Shown: one piece after another, positions 1-9,132 of the stretch | How the letters are laid out: every line of letters starts with the position of its first letter | How positions within the stretch are numbered: position 1 is the first letter of the stretch | NCBI GenBank assembly: GCA_965208615.1 | Contig: CBDBPB010000001.1 | Span: forward strand, 128,001 to 192,000 | Reading direction: 5' to 3' | Length of the DNA stretch: 64,000 nt | Source: Spirochaetota bacterium | GTDB lineage: Bacteria > Spirochaetota > UBA6919 > CBDBPB01 | Translations under genes and position numbers: made by a program | Notes under the pieces: generated by a model | What the model saw: the letters and a program-made list of their open reading frames with translations, nothing else | Told to the model about the DNA's origin: nothing | Database searches by the model: none

Positions 1-136
1 TCAACAATTTAATAATACAAGTCATACAGCAATTAAAAATGCTAAACAAATTTGTAATATTAAAATCACAATAAACAAAAATAATAAATTACTTTTATCT
101 ATTAGCATTAAGTATATCCTTTATGAGGACTAACCT

Positions 137-2104
137 ATGAAAACTATATTAATAATCCTAAGCTTTATAATATTTATATCTAACTCAACACTTGCTAACC
201 TTAAAAAGGAATACATAGAAAAAGGTATTGAGGCAAATAACAATAAACAATATGATAACTCTATTAAGTGGTTTACTCAAGCTATAAACATAGACTCAGA
301 ATATGCCTTAGCCTATTATTATAGAGGATTAGTCTATAATAAACAAAAAAAGTATAGCTCTGCTCTTGACGACCTCTCTAAAGCAATAAGACTAAAACCT
401 GACTTAATAAAAGCGTATTACCAAAAAGGATTAATATACAAAAGTATTAATAAGCCGAATAAAGCACTAAATGAATTTAATCAAATAATTGATATAGACT
501 CTACTTATGCCCCAGCCTATTATGTAAGAGGACTTATTTATCTAAATTTAAAAAGATATAATAGTGCAGTAGAAGACTTCTCGGAAATCATTACCCTAAA
601 ACCTAACTTTACTCAAGCATATTATACTAGAGGTATAACCTATGCAAGTATTAATAAATATAATCTGGCAATCAAAGACTTTAACACAATAATAAATAAT
701 AATCCAAATCCAATATACGCCTATAACGCACGAGGACTAGTATATCAACAAAAACAAAACTTTAAAAAATCTATACTCGACTTCTCACACATAATAAAAT
801 ATAGACCTAATAACTCAGAAGCATACTATAATAGAGGTTTATCCTATGCAAAACTAAATAACCTAAAAAACGCTGAAAAAGACTTTAGCAAAGCTATTAA
901 CCTTAATCCAAACCACTTTATGGCATATAAAGATCGTGCCCTTATCCACTTTAGAACTAAAGAATATGATAAAACCATAAAAGATTGCAGTAAGTTAATC
1001 CAGCTAATGCCAAAGTATTATCAGCCATACTATATAAGAGCTAGGGCATATCATATTAAGAAAAATCTGTCATCAGCGATTGATGACTATTCAAAAACTA
1101 TAGAATTAAATAAAAAGTATACTACCGCTTATTATTATAGGGCTAAAGCCTATTACAGCTTATTAGATTATAATAATGCTATTGAGGATTATACCAAGGT
1201 TATATCACTAAAACCAGATTCACTAGAGGCTTATTATCATCGTGGGTTAGCATATCGTTATAGCAATAAAATAACTAATGCAATATCCGACTTTGATAGA
1301 GTAATAAAAATTGCTCCTAATTACTTCTTTGCCTATTATCAACGAGGTCTAACCCTACTAACTATAAAAAACTATAAAAAAGCCATAAGGGATTATAATA
1401 AAGCTATCAGCCTTAATCCAAAGTTTGCAAGGGGATATTTAGCCAGAGGACTATCATATTTTAAACTTAAAAAATATGATATGTCTATAAAAGACTTTGA
1501 TAGTGCCATAGCCATTGAACCTAAATATACTAAGGCATACTTTAATAGAGGACTAACCTATTACATAATTAAAAACTATAAAAAAGCTATAATGGACTAT
1601 AATAAAGCTATTAACCTTAGTCCTAAAACTGCCATTTTTTATACTAATAGAGGAGATGTATATATAGCCTTAAAAGACTATGATACAGCTTTAAAAGACT
1701 ATAATAATGCTATACAAATAGAAAGTAATAAAGGTAAGTTCTATAGCAGTCGCGGCTATATCCACTATATAAAGAAAAACTACCTAAAATCGATAGAAGA
1801 CTATAGTAAAGCTATTTCATTTAATCCAAATGATGTTGTCTCTTATAATAATAGAGGTTATGTTTATTTTATCCTAAATAATTATGATAAAGCAATATCA
1901 GACTATAATAATGCCATCAAAATTAACCCTAACTTCGTAGAAAGCTATAATAGTAGAGGAGAGATCTATGTAAAAATGAATAAATGTCTTTTGGCAGTTA
2001 ACGACTATGAGACATATCTAAAAAAGAACTTAGGCTTAACGGATTCTAAAAAAAAAGAAATCGCTAATCTAATAGCCAGCTTAAAGAAAAAGAACTGTAA
2101 ATAA
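137..2104 (+). CDS. Secreted tetratricopeptide-repeat (TPR) protein, roughly 18 tandem TPRs
   Basis: N-terminal signal peptide (MKTILIILSFIIFISNSTLA) followed by continuous 34-aa repeats of consensus AYYxRGxxYxxxxxYxxAIxDyxKAIxLxP; RBS GAGGA upstream. Confidence 0.95.
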   Translation: MKTILIILSFIIFISNSTLANLKKEYIEKGIEANNNKQYDNSIKWFTQAINIDSEYALAYYYRGLVYNKQKKYSSALDDLSKAIRLKPDLIKAYYQKGLIYKSINKPNKALNEFNQIIDIDSTYAPAYYVRGLIYLNLKRYNSAVEDFSEIITLKPNFTQAYYTRGITYASINKYNLAIKDFNTIINNNPNPIYAYNARGLVYQQKQNFKKSILDFSHIIKYRPNNSEAYYNRGLSYAKLNNLKNAEKDFSKAINLNPNHFMAYKDRALIHFRTKEYDKTIKDCSKLIQLMPKYYQPYYIRARAYHIKKNLSSAIDDYSKTIELNKKYTTAYYYRAKAYYSLLDYNNAIEDYTKVISLKPDSLEAYYHRGLAYRYSNKITNAISDFDRVIKIAPNYFFAYYQRGLTLLTIKNYKKAIRDYNKAISLNPKFARGYLARGLSYFKLKKYDMSIKDFDSAIAIEPKYTKAYFNRGLTYYIIKNYKKAIMDYNKAINLSPKTAIFYTNRGDVYIALKDYDTALKDYNNAIQIESNKGKFYSSRGYIHYIKKNYLKSIEDYSKAISFNPNDVVSYNNRGYVYFILNNYDKAISDYNNAIKINPNFVESYNSRGEIYVKMNKCLLAVNDYETYLKKNLGLTDSKKKEIANLIASLKKKNCK

Positions 2105-2119
2105 ACAAAAAAATATATT

Positions 2120-2344
2120 ATGGAAAAACTTAAAAAAGAGTTTATGGAACTATTTAAAAAATATAGCAAGAATAATACAATCCCTGCAGATGTTCTAAAA
2201 CAGTTTATTGATAATAATAAAAATACCGCCCATAATGTAATAGATGACCTTATTCAAAAAGGCTTTATAATAGAAGCAAAAGAAAATAATAAACCAACCT
2301 TTAAACTAACTAAACATGACTATAACTATATTGATGAAAAATAA
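2120..2344 (+). CDS. Small hypothetical protein, possibly winged-helix-like
   Basis: 74-aa ORF 15 bp after the TPR gene; the segment VIDDLIQKGFIIEAKENNKPTFKLT resembles a wHTH recognition helix plus wing. Confidence 0.6.
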   Translation: MEKLKKEFMELFKKYSKNNTIPADVLKQFIDNNKNTAHNVIDDLIQKGFIIEAKENNKPTFKLTKHDYNYIDEK

Positions 2345-2365
2345 TAAATCCATTTTTATTATATC

Positions 2366-4324
2366 TTAAGATTTTAAGGTATTAGCATATTCCCTAAGCT
2401 TGGATATAAGAATATTATGCTCATTAACAAAGGTAGTACCCCTTGCTTCAAAAGCCATAACTAATACCTCTGGTAAGTTTATCCCATATCCTATAGGAAG
2501 TTGACTTTCATAATACATCTTCTCGTAAAATGAAGGCAGTCTTAATGACCAGTTCTGTTCACCCGATGTTGCAGGCATATTATATCGCTCACTCATACCA
2601 AAAAAATCAGTAAAGAATATTTGTATATTTTCAGCCGGACTAATAAAAAGCTCTGCTACCTTTAATTTGAAAAACTCTGTGTTATTGGATAAAGCATATC
2701 TAATAGCATTCTCAGCCTCTTCACCACTAAAATATGGATATACATCCCTAACTAAATATCTAATATGTGAATACTTATCCTCATCATTTAGTGTGTTAAT
2801 CCAGTTAAGAGTGCTGTCATTATCATGAGTACCCATAACAATCCAGTGTATAGGCTTTATATTTACTCCCCTATAAATATGATTTTCATTATTAGGCTCT
2901 ACAAAATGAGTTACCCTAATACCACTGAGCTTAAGCCTCTCTAATACAGCTACAACAGGATTAGTAATACTACCCAAATCTTCACAAACTAATATAAAGT
3001 CATCCCCCTTACCAGCCTCTTTAGCAGACTCAATAACTACCCCCTCTATTATTTGACTGTACTTTTTAATCTGCTCATCAGTTAAACTCTTTACCCTATT
3101 CTCGTTTCCATACTCATTTATATAGTCATGATTAAGGTCATCCACAGCAATATAAGAATATCTTTTCAATTCTTCGATATCGGGGGATGAATATAGCCTT
3201 CCCCCGCCTATCCGTGCATCATTTTCATCGTTTGACTTATATACCCACGAATCAATAAGGCCAATTATATGATCTATCCTAACACCATCATTTTCTTTGA
3301 ATATCTTTAAAAACTTGTTTTTTAAAAATAAACCTGCCTTACCCAACTCTCCTCGTGAATTAAATATTTTATCGGGATCTAATACAGGAAAACCCCATGC
3401 CTGACCACTATCAGAAAAGTAATCAGGCGGTGCTCCCATAAAATAATGTTCTAAGAATATAGTTTGATTAGCCCATATATCCCTATCAGAAAATGCAACC
3501 TGACTATCAGCTATCAACTTAAAATTAAGCTTCTCAGTAAAACCTTTCATACTAAGCCTTTGTTTGTAAACAATAAACTGTATAAACTCGTATTCCTCAA
3601 TTATACTGCGATATTTAGCCTTTATTTGCTTAATCCTTATATTAGCCTGATCAACAAGATTATTATCCCGACTTTCTATATAAGTAAAAATATTTTTATC
3701 TATGTTATTAGTCCATAGGGGCCAGTAATCATTGTTATTCTCTGCAGATAATGCCTCATATAAAGAATCCTTATATAACCACCAGTCATTCTCCTTCTGA
3801 AAAGCCTTAAACTCCATATTAAGCTGATCTATAACTTTAGCCTCATCAGAGTTTAGACTCTTATTATTAAGCCTATCCTCAAAACCAGTGTATGCCTCTT
3901 TTAATAAACTATAATAGTTATCAAAAATATAGTTATGATCAATCCTGTTATCTTTAGAAGTGTTATCCCTTATAAGCTGATCAAGCCTACTTTGTTTTAG
4001 TATATATCCATATTGTTTTTGGCTTAGCTGTTTTATGTCGATAAATAGTGGATTATTAGAAAAAAGTGTACTAATATATGGTGATGGGTCTATGGACTTC
4101 GTTTTACCACTTGGTCCTAACTGAATGCTGTTAAATCCATGGATGTCCAAAAAGTCTATAAAGTTTTTAGCCTCTTGTGAGTAAGGAGAACCAGCACCTA
4201 TATCACCATTAACCAATGCTGGAAAAGACAAATCGTGGATTATTAGAGATAGATTTTTCTTACCTAAAACTCTTATGGCTGATTTTATGTTGTTGGCATA
4301 CTCTTTTTTATCTTTTATATTCAA
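2366..4324 (-). CDS. malQ: 4-alpha-glucanotransferase (amylomaltase, GH77)
   Basis: GH77 motifs SPY, GAPPDYFSDSGQAWGFP, RIDH, EDLG, GTHDND and NWSLR; TTG start. Confidence 0.92.
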   Translation of the reverse strand: MNIKDKKEYANNIKSAIRVLGKKNLSLIIHDLSFPALVNGDIGAGSPYSQEAKNFIDFLDIHGFNSIQLGPSGKTKSIDPSPYISTLFSNNPLFIDIKQLSQKQYGYILKQSRLDQLIRDNTSKDNRIDHNYIFDNYYSLLKEAYTGFEDRLNNKSLNSDEAKVIDQLNMEFKAFQKENDWWLYKDSLYEALSAENNNDYWPLWTNNIDKNIFTYIESRDNNLVDQANIRIKQIKAKYRSIIEEYEFIQFIVYKQRLSMKGFTEKLNFKLIADSQVAFSDRDIWANQTIFLEHYFMGAPPDYFSDSGQAWGFPVLDPDKIFNSRGELGKAGLFLKNKFLKIFKENDGVRIDHIIGLIDSWVYKSNDENDARIGGGRLYSSPDIEELKRYSYIAVDDLNHDYINEYGNENRVKSLTDEQIKKYSQIIEGVVIESAKEAGKGDDFILVCEDLGSITNPVVAVLERLKLSGIRVTHFVEPNNENHIYRGVNIKPIHWIVMGTHDNDSTLNWINTLNDEDKYSHIRYLVRDVYPYFSGEEAENAIRYALSNNTEFFKLKVAELFISPAENIQIFFTDFFGMSERYNMPATSGEQNWSLRLPSFYEKMYYESQLPIGYGINLPEVLVMAFEARGTTFVNEHNILISKLREYANTLKS

Positions 4325-4489
4325 CTTAACTCCATATTGTTTTTGCCTATTAGAACGGCATAAAAACAGAATAGGCTAAAGAAAAATAATATTCCAAAAT
4401 AAAAAATACCTATAAAACCAGTGTATATTAGATTAGAAAAGTCTAAAGAATAATATCTTTACTCCTTAGACTAACTAAAACTGACTATA

Positions 4490-4695
4490 TTAATATATTG
4501 ATTTACAATCTTTCTCATCAACAATGGTACCACCACTTGCTTTACAAAGCTCTTCAGTAAAAATACTTGTTAAAGGAGTACATACTCCTTTAACAAGTGT
4601 TTTACATACTCTCTTAGTTGTACTATCCTTACAACCAGTAAAAACTGTAATAGATAAAAATACAATTAATAAAAAGACATCACTAACTTTTTCAA
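4490..4695 (-). pseudogene. Small Cys-rich lipoprotein (68 aa if one base is restored), frameshifted in a homopolymer at 4671-4675
   Basis: RBS AAGGAG, 7 nt spacer, then TTG. Adding one T to the T5 run gives MKKLVMSFLLIVFLSITVFTG-C-KDSTTKRVCKTLVKGVCTPLTSIFTEELCKASGGTIVDEKDCKSIY*, with a lipobox-like FTGC. Confidence 0.7.
4560..4603. repeat. Inverted repeat with perfect 16-bp arms, extendable to 21 bp with one mismatch
   Basis: ACTTGTTAAAGGAGTA-CA-TACTCCTTTAACAAGT at 4565-4598, flanked by AAAA-T and G-TTTT. Confidence 0.95.
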
Positions 4696-5064
4696 TTTCA
4701 CACTCCTTAATTTTATAAGTTATTTGATTAACAGTTTATATATCAACCTTAATGACTAAATTATATAGCTATATGGTTTATTTTCTTTTGGTTAGTATAG
4801 TTAAAAACTTAATACATTCTTAATAAAAATCAATAATTATTATATTATATTAATATGTTATTATATAATGTATATAACTTAATACCATATAGGGTTATAA
4901 GCTACTAGAGGTCAATTTAACAAAAGACATTTAAAACTAACAATTAATATAATTTAACTTTGCAAAAATAGATAAATATTTTATCTTTAACATAACATAA
5001 ATAAATTATTTTAAGTTTAAACTAACCATTTTAGTGCTATATCCTTTTAAATTAGGAAATTGTA

Positions 5065-5613
5065 ATGAAAAAATATAAAATTGTTTTTATATTAGCTTTA
5101 ATATTTATAGCTCAAATAGCTAATGCACAATTCAAGATTAGAGCTTATGGTACAGTAGGATATTCTACAGGTAATGCCTATGTTGGTGACGGCAATGCAT
5201 TAAGTTATAGCGGCGGTATACAAGGGTTTTACCATATAAATAGATATATAAGCATAGGTGTTGATATCGCATATTTACACGCTTATACTGCAAAATACAA
5301 CTCTCCAAATCCGTCCCAAACTAAACCAGGTAATGCAAATTACTTATCTGCTCTTGTAGTTGCTGAGGGTTCCATTGCAAAAAACTTAATAGTCCTTCAA
5401 TTAGGTGCAGGATATTATTTTGATATCGCAAACTATGATGGCCATAGACCCGGACTTATGGTCGGCTATGGACTAGATATACCAATAACTCTTGACCTAT
5501 CAATACCAATTATGGGAAGAGCTGATTTTATAATCGCTCCTGAAGGTGCTATACCATTAAGCATGTCCATTGGAATAACATATAGATTTGGATCACTATA
5601 TAAAAACTGGTAG
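5065..5613 (+). CDS. Putative small outer-membrane beta-barrel protein
   Basis: Signal peptide ending ANA-Q; Gly/aromatic-rich alternating strands; terminal strand SIGITYRF. Confidence 0.7.
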   Translation: MKKYKIVFILALIFIAQIANAQFKIRAYGTVGYSTGNAYVGDGNALSYSGGIQGFYHINRYISIGVDIAYLHAYTAKYNSPNPSQTKPGNANYLSALVVAEGSIAKNLIVLQLGAGYYFDIANYDGHRPGLMVGYGLDIPITLDLSIPIMGRADFIIAPEGAIPLSMSIGITYRFGSLYKNW

Positions 5614-5694
5614 CTAAAATTACTTAATTTAAGATATCCTTAATATTACGGTTTAAAATTAGCAATAATTTGTCTTTCTATAAACTATATTCAT

Positions 5695-5720
5695 TCTACA
5701 GTTAACTTATTAGCTGTAGA
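5695..5720 (+). terminator. Stem-loop downstream of the OMP gene (possible terminator or stabiliser)
   Basis: TCTACAGTTAA-CTTA-TTAGCTGTAGA, an 11-bp stem with one G-U pair; U-tract is weak. Confidence 0.4.
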
Positions 5721-5787
5721 CCTATCTTAATCTTATAGTTTATCAATTTTTTTACTGTAAGTTTTTAAATATAAATATGCTTTATAA

Positions 5788-5815
5788 TTGACTTTTATTA
5801 TTATATGGTTATAAT
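5788..5815 (+). promoter_or_regulatory. Sigma-70-like promoter for the GT4 gene
   Basis: TTGACT-16 nt-TATAAT. Confidence 0.55.
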
Positions 5816-5881
5816 TATTTATTATTATATGATTTTTTAAAATACATAGCTTATTATAATATTTTTTATTTAAATAACAAA

Positions 5882-7027
5882 ATGAAAATTATATTTATAA
5901 ATTATGAATTCCCTCCTCTTGGTGGTGGAGCAGGCAATGCTTGTTATAACCTTGCAAAAGAAATAGTCAATAAAGGTCATGATGTTTTAGTTGTTACCTC
6001 TAAATTTAACAGTCAATCTAAAGCTAGCACAATAGACGGAATTAATATCATTAGAATACCAGTCATCAGAAAAAAACTGGAATCCGTTAGTATTTTTGAG
6101 CTTTTAACTTTTACCTTAAGTAGTATATGGCATATCCCTAGTATTGCTAAAAAGTTTAAACCTGATAAAAATATTGCTATATTTGGTATTCCTTGTGGTA
6201 TAACCGCTCTTTTATTAAAAAAGCTTTATAAAATCCCATATATTGTATCTCTTCGTGGTGCTGATGTACCAGGCTTTATTGAGCGTCAGGTTAGATTTTA
6301 TCACTTTATTAGCAAAAAACTAATTAAGCTTATATGGAAAGAGGCTAGCAATGTAACTTGTAATAGTAATGGTCTAAAAAAGCTGGCATGCAATACATTA
6401 AAAAATATTGATATTAGAGTTATTCCAAATGGAGTAGACTCAAATTTCTTTAGCTCTAATGGTAATCATAATAAAAAAATAACTATACTATATGTTGGTA
6501 GGCTATCAAAGCAAAAAGGCCTTAATAACCTAATAGAACCCATTAAAGCTCTTAAACAAAAAAGTAATATACCATTCCAACTAAACATAGTAGGTGATGG
6601 TCCTGAAAAAAAGCAGCTTATACAAAAGTTTAAACAAAATAAACTTGATGACATTGTTAAATTCTCAGGATGGATAAATAAAGCAGAACTAATAAAACAA
6701 TATCAAAGCGCCTCAATATTCCTATTCCCTTCTTTAAGTGAAGGAATGCCCAATGCTATACTAGAGGCAATGGCATCAGGATTGCCCATAATAGCTACTA
6801 AAGTAGCTGGTAACGAAGAACTTGTACGTAATAACGAAAATGGCTACTTAGTCCCAATAAACAATAGCAAAATATTAACAGATAAACTAATCGACCTAAT
6901 AGAATGTCCCAATAAAATGCGTGAAATGGGTAAAAGAAGTCGTCACATAGCTAAAACAGAGTATACATGGGAATATATGGCTAATGAGTATATCAAACTA
7001 AGTAAAAATACTATAACTAAAAACTAA
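5882..7027 (+). CDS. Glycosyltransferase family 4 protein
   Basis: N-terminal EFPPLGGGAG; VIPNGVD; YVGRLSKQKG; EGMPNAILEAMASGLP (EX7E motif). Confidence 0.95.
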   Translation: MKIIFINYEFPPLGGGAGNACYNLAKEIVNKGHDVLVVTSKFNSQSKASTIDGINIIRIPVIRKKLESVSIFELLTFTLSSIWHIPSIAKKFKPDKNIAIFGIPCGITALLLKKLYKIPYIVSLRGADVPGFIERQVRFYHFISKKLIKLIWKEASNVTCNSNGLKKLACNTLKNIDIRVIPNGVDSNFFSSNGNHNKKITILYVGRLSKQKGLNNLIEPIKALKQKSNIPFQLNIVGDGPEKKQLIQKFKQNKLDDIVKFSGWINKAELIKQYQSASIFLFPSLSEGMPNAILEAMASGLPIIATKVAGNEELVRNNENGYLVPINNSKILTDKLIDLIECPNKMREMGKRSRHIAKTEYTWEYMANEYIKLSKNTITKN

Positions 7028-8357
7028 CCCTAGCCTTTATATATATAGTCTGTTCTGTAAGGTCTATTGCCCCCAATCGGCCATCATACTCAGAGCCATT
7101 AGAGCCAAACATTAAATATGCCCCTATCCAAAAGTCAAGGTTATCTAAAGCCGCTATCTTAAGCTCTGGAACTATAACAAAACTTAGATCATTACAATTT
7201 AGTATAACAGAAAGACTTGTGGTATAAAGATAAGCCCACTCCTTACTCATAAACAAAAATAAATAGTCCTGAGCCAAAAATACTGCCTTGCCAGATAATA
7301 AATCATTAGCATTATAACTAGCCTTACTCTTTGCACCTGCACCATTACGCAAATACTCTATTCGTACTCTAAGGCCTATGTCAAACAAATAATCAATGCC
7401 TATGAGTCCTACAAATACATGATCAAAATGTGTAGGACTAAAATTACTGTCAGGAAGACGAAATGAAAACTCACCGTATATACCAATCTCAATCTCACCA
7501 GAAAAATCAAAGGTAGCATAGTGAGAACGCTCATAAGACTGAGAATTGTAAAAAACCTCTCTGGCATAGCCTATGGACATATCCCATCCATTAACGCTAG
7601 TCCTAAACTTTATCCCAAGAGGTATGTTCCTAAACTGTGCATCGTCTATCACAGGAAAGTTCTTATGGGAACGATCCTCCATAGCAATGTATAGCCTAAT
7701 GCCTGTATCTTTGGCAATGTCAAAGTGCATAGCAATAGCAACAGTACCTAAAAGCTGATCAGACGGAGATAAATAATTCTTACTATTCACTTTATCGCTA
7801 GGATTAACAAAATAACCAGTCCCCCACGCAATAACAAACTTACCCGCACTCAAATGAAACCATGACCAGTCAGCCGAAAAATAAGCCTGATCAACTAAAA
7901 TATTCTGATTATAGTCAGTACCAAAACTCGCATTCTTGCTAAGCTGACCCCTGTCAAGTAAACCCCAGCCATCAGCACGAACCAACGGATTAGAAAGCCC
8001 TATATATCCCTGATACAAAAACTCAGAGTGGATAACTATATCTTTTTCAACCTGCCAGTTAAGCTTTAGCCTAAGCTCACCCAAAAAACCATAGCGTAAT
8101 CTATCCCTAATAGGTTTATCAGACTTATCCTGAACAAATGTATAAAAGCTAGTATTTAAATATCCAGATATCTCAAACTTTTTATCCCCAGTCTTCTGAT
8201 CTAGACTATCAGCACCAGAAAAGTCTAATGCCTCCTTTGGTATATCAGTAATAGCCTCCTTTGGTATATCAGTGTTAGAGTGCTTTTTAGTATTATCCTC
8301 TTGTCCGTATAAAATGCCACTAAGCAAAATACAAAGCAATATAAAAAATAACCGCAT
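7017..8357 (-). CDS. Putative outer-membrane beta-barrel protein associated with the MMPL/LolA-like genes
   Basis: Signal peptide; QAYF...GKFVIAWGTGYFVNPSD motif typical of barrels found next to MMPL and lipoprotein-sorting genes; C-terminal IKARVSF. Confidence 0.75.
   Translation of the reverse strand: MRLFFILLCILLSGILYGQEDNTKKHSNTDIPKEAITDIPKEALDFSGADSLDQKTGDKKFEISGYLNTSFYTFVQDKSDKPIRDRLRYGFLGELRLKLNWQVEKDIVIHSEFLYQGYIGLSNPLVRADGWGLLDRGQLSKNASFGTDYNQNILVDQAYFSADWSWFHLSAGKFVIAWGTGYFVNPSDKVNSKNYLSPSDQLLGTVAIAMHFDIAKDTGIRLYIAMEDRSHKNFPVIDDAQFRNIPLGIKFRTSVNGWDMSIGYAREVFYNSQSYERSHYATFDFSGEIEIGIYGEFSFRLPDSNFSPTHFDHVFVGLIGIDYLFDIGLRVRIEYLRNGAGAKSKASYNANDLLSGKAVFLAQDYLFLFMSKEWAYLYTTSLSVILNCNDLSFVIVPELKIAALDNLDFWIGAYLMFGSNGSEYDGRLGAIDLTEQTIYIKARVSF
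8230..8273. repeat. In-frame 24-bp-period tandem duplication (TDIPKEAI/TDIPKEAL)
   Basis: GCCTCCTTTGGTATATCAGT at 8230-8249 and 8254-8273. Confidence 0.95.
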
Positions 8358-8375
8358 AAATAATGTAAACCCCTA

Positions 8376-9131
8376 TTAATTAGAATCCAGCCTGTTAGAG
8401 TCAAATAAACTACTCTTAACAGCTACATCCAAAACAACCTTTACTATCTTAAAAATAGTCTTGGAACCCTTTCTATAATTAACCATAGTAGCAGTCATAG
8501 GCATATAATAACCCTTTATACTTTTGTAGTTCAAAAGAAAAAGGGATTTTAAAAAACCTCCACCATCATAATAATTAATCTGATTAATATGATATAAGTC
8601 CTTCTTAACTATAACAACTAACCTCTTATATGCATGATAACGCTTTTTAGGTATAAGCTCTATGGTCCAAGCTTTTTTGTTTTGTGATAATATTTTTGAT
8701 TTGTAATCCTTATCCATATCCCCCCTTGTCATGTCCTGATAACTAAAATCACCCCCAATACCCTCAACAGACTTCTTCTTTGAATAAGATGCAATCTTAC
8801 GCTTACGCCCACTAGAAGGCCAGTACATCCAAATATCATCACCCCTTATTAACATTTTAATCCCCTTTGCACTGTTCGGATAAACATACTTATTAAAAGA
8901 TATATCCTTGCCCATAGAATAACCGATCATCTTAATAATCCTATAACTCTTTGTATTCTTCATATTAGGATATACAATCATAGCATACTGTCCAGCACTA
9001 GTCTTATAACTCTCTAAAGAGTCCACCTTTTTTATAATATCCCTCGCAGTCAATGAAAATATATCACCATTAACCACCATAATAATAAGTGCAATATAAA
9101 TAACCCTAAAATACTTAACTAAATTATGCAT
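8376..9131 (-). CDS. Outer-membrane lipoprotein-sorting (LolA-like) protein
   Basis: Signal peptide; motifs DDIWMYWPSSGRKRKI, GGDFSYQDM and LFDSNRL; ATG at 9131 with RBS AGGAG (the ORF track starts at 9161). Confidence 0.88.
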   Translation of the reverse strand: MHNLVKYFRVIYIALIIMVVNGDIFSLTARDIIKKVDSLESYKTSAGQYAMIVYPNMKNTKSYRIIKMIGYSMGKDISFNKYVYPNSAKGIKMLIRGDDIWMYWPSSGRKRKIASYSKKKSVEGIGGDFSYQDMTRGDMDKDYKSKILSQNKKAWTIELIPKKRYHAYKRLVVIVKKDLYHINQINYYDGGGFLKSLFLLNYKSIKGYYMPMTATMVNYRKGSKTIFKIVKVVLDVAVKSSLFDSNRLDSN

Positions 9132-9132
9132 A

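Noticed and set aside
1361-1624. Near-duplicate TPR blocks as a possible DGR template/variable repeat pair
   Set aside because: Mismatches are not adenine-specific, both copies are in-frame TPRs, and no reverse transcriptase is present
4524-4718. 64-aa plus-strand ORF in the track
   Set aside because: Shadow of the minus-strand lipoprotein, which has an RBS, a signal peptide and a lipobox; the plus ORF has no RBS
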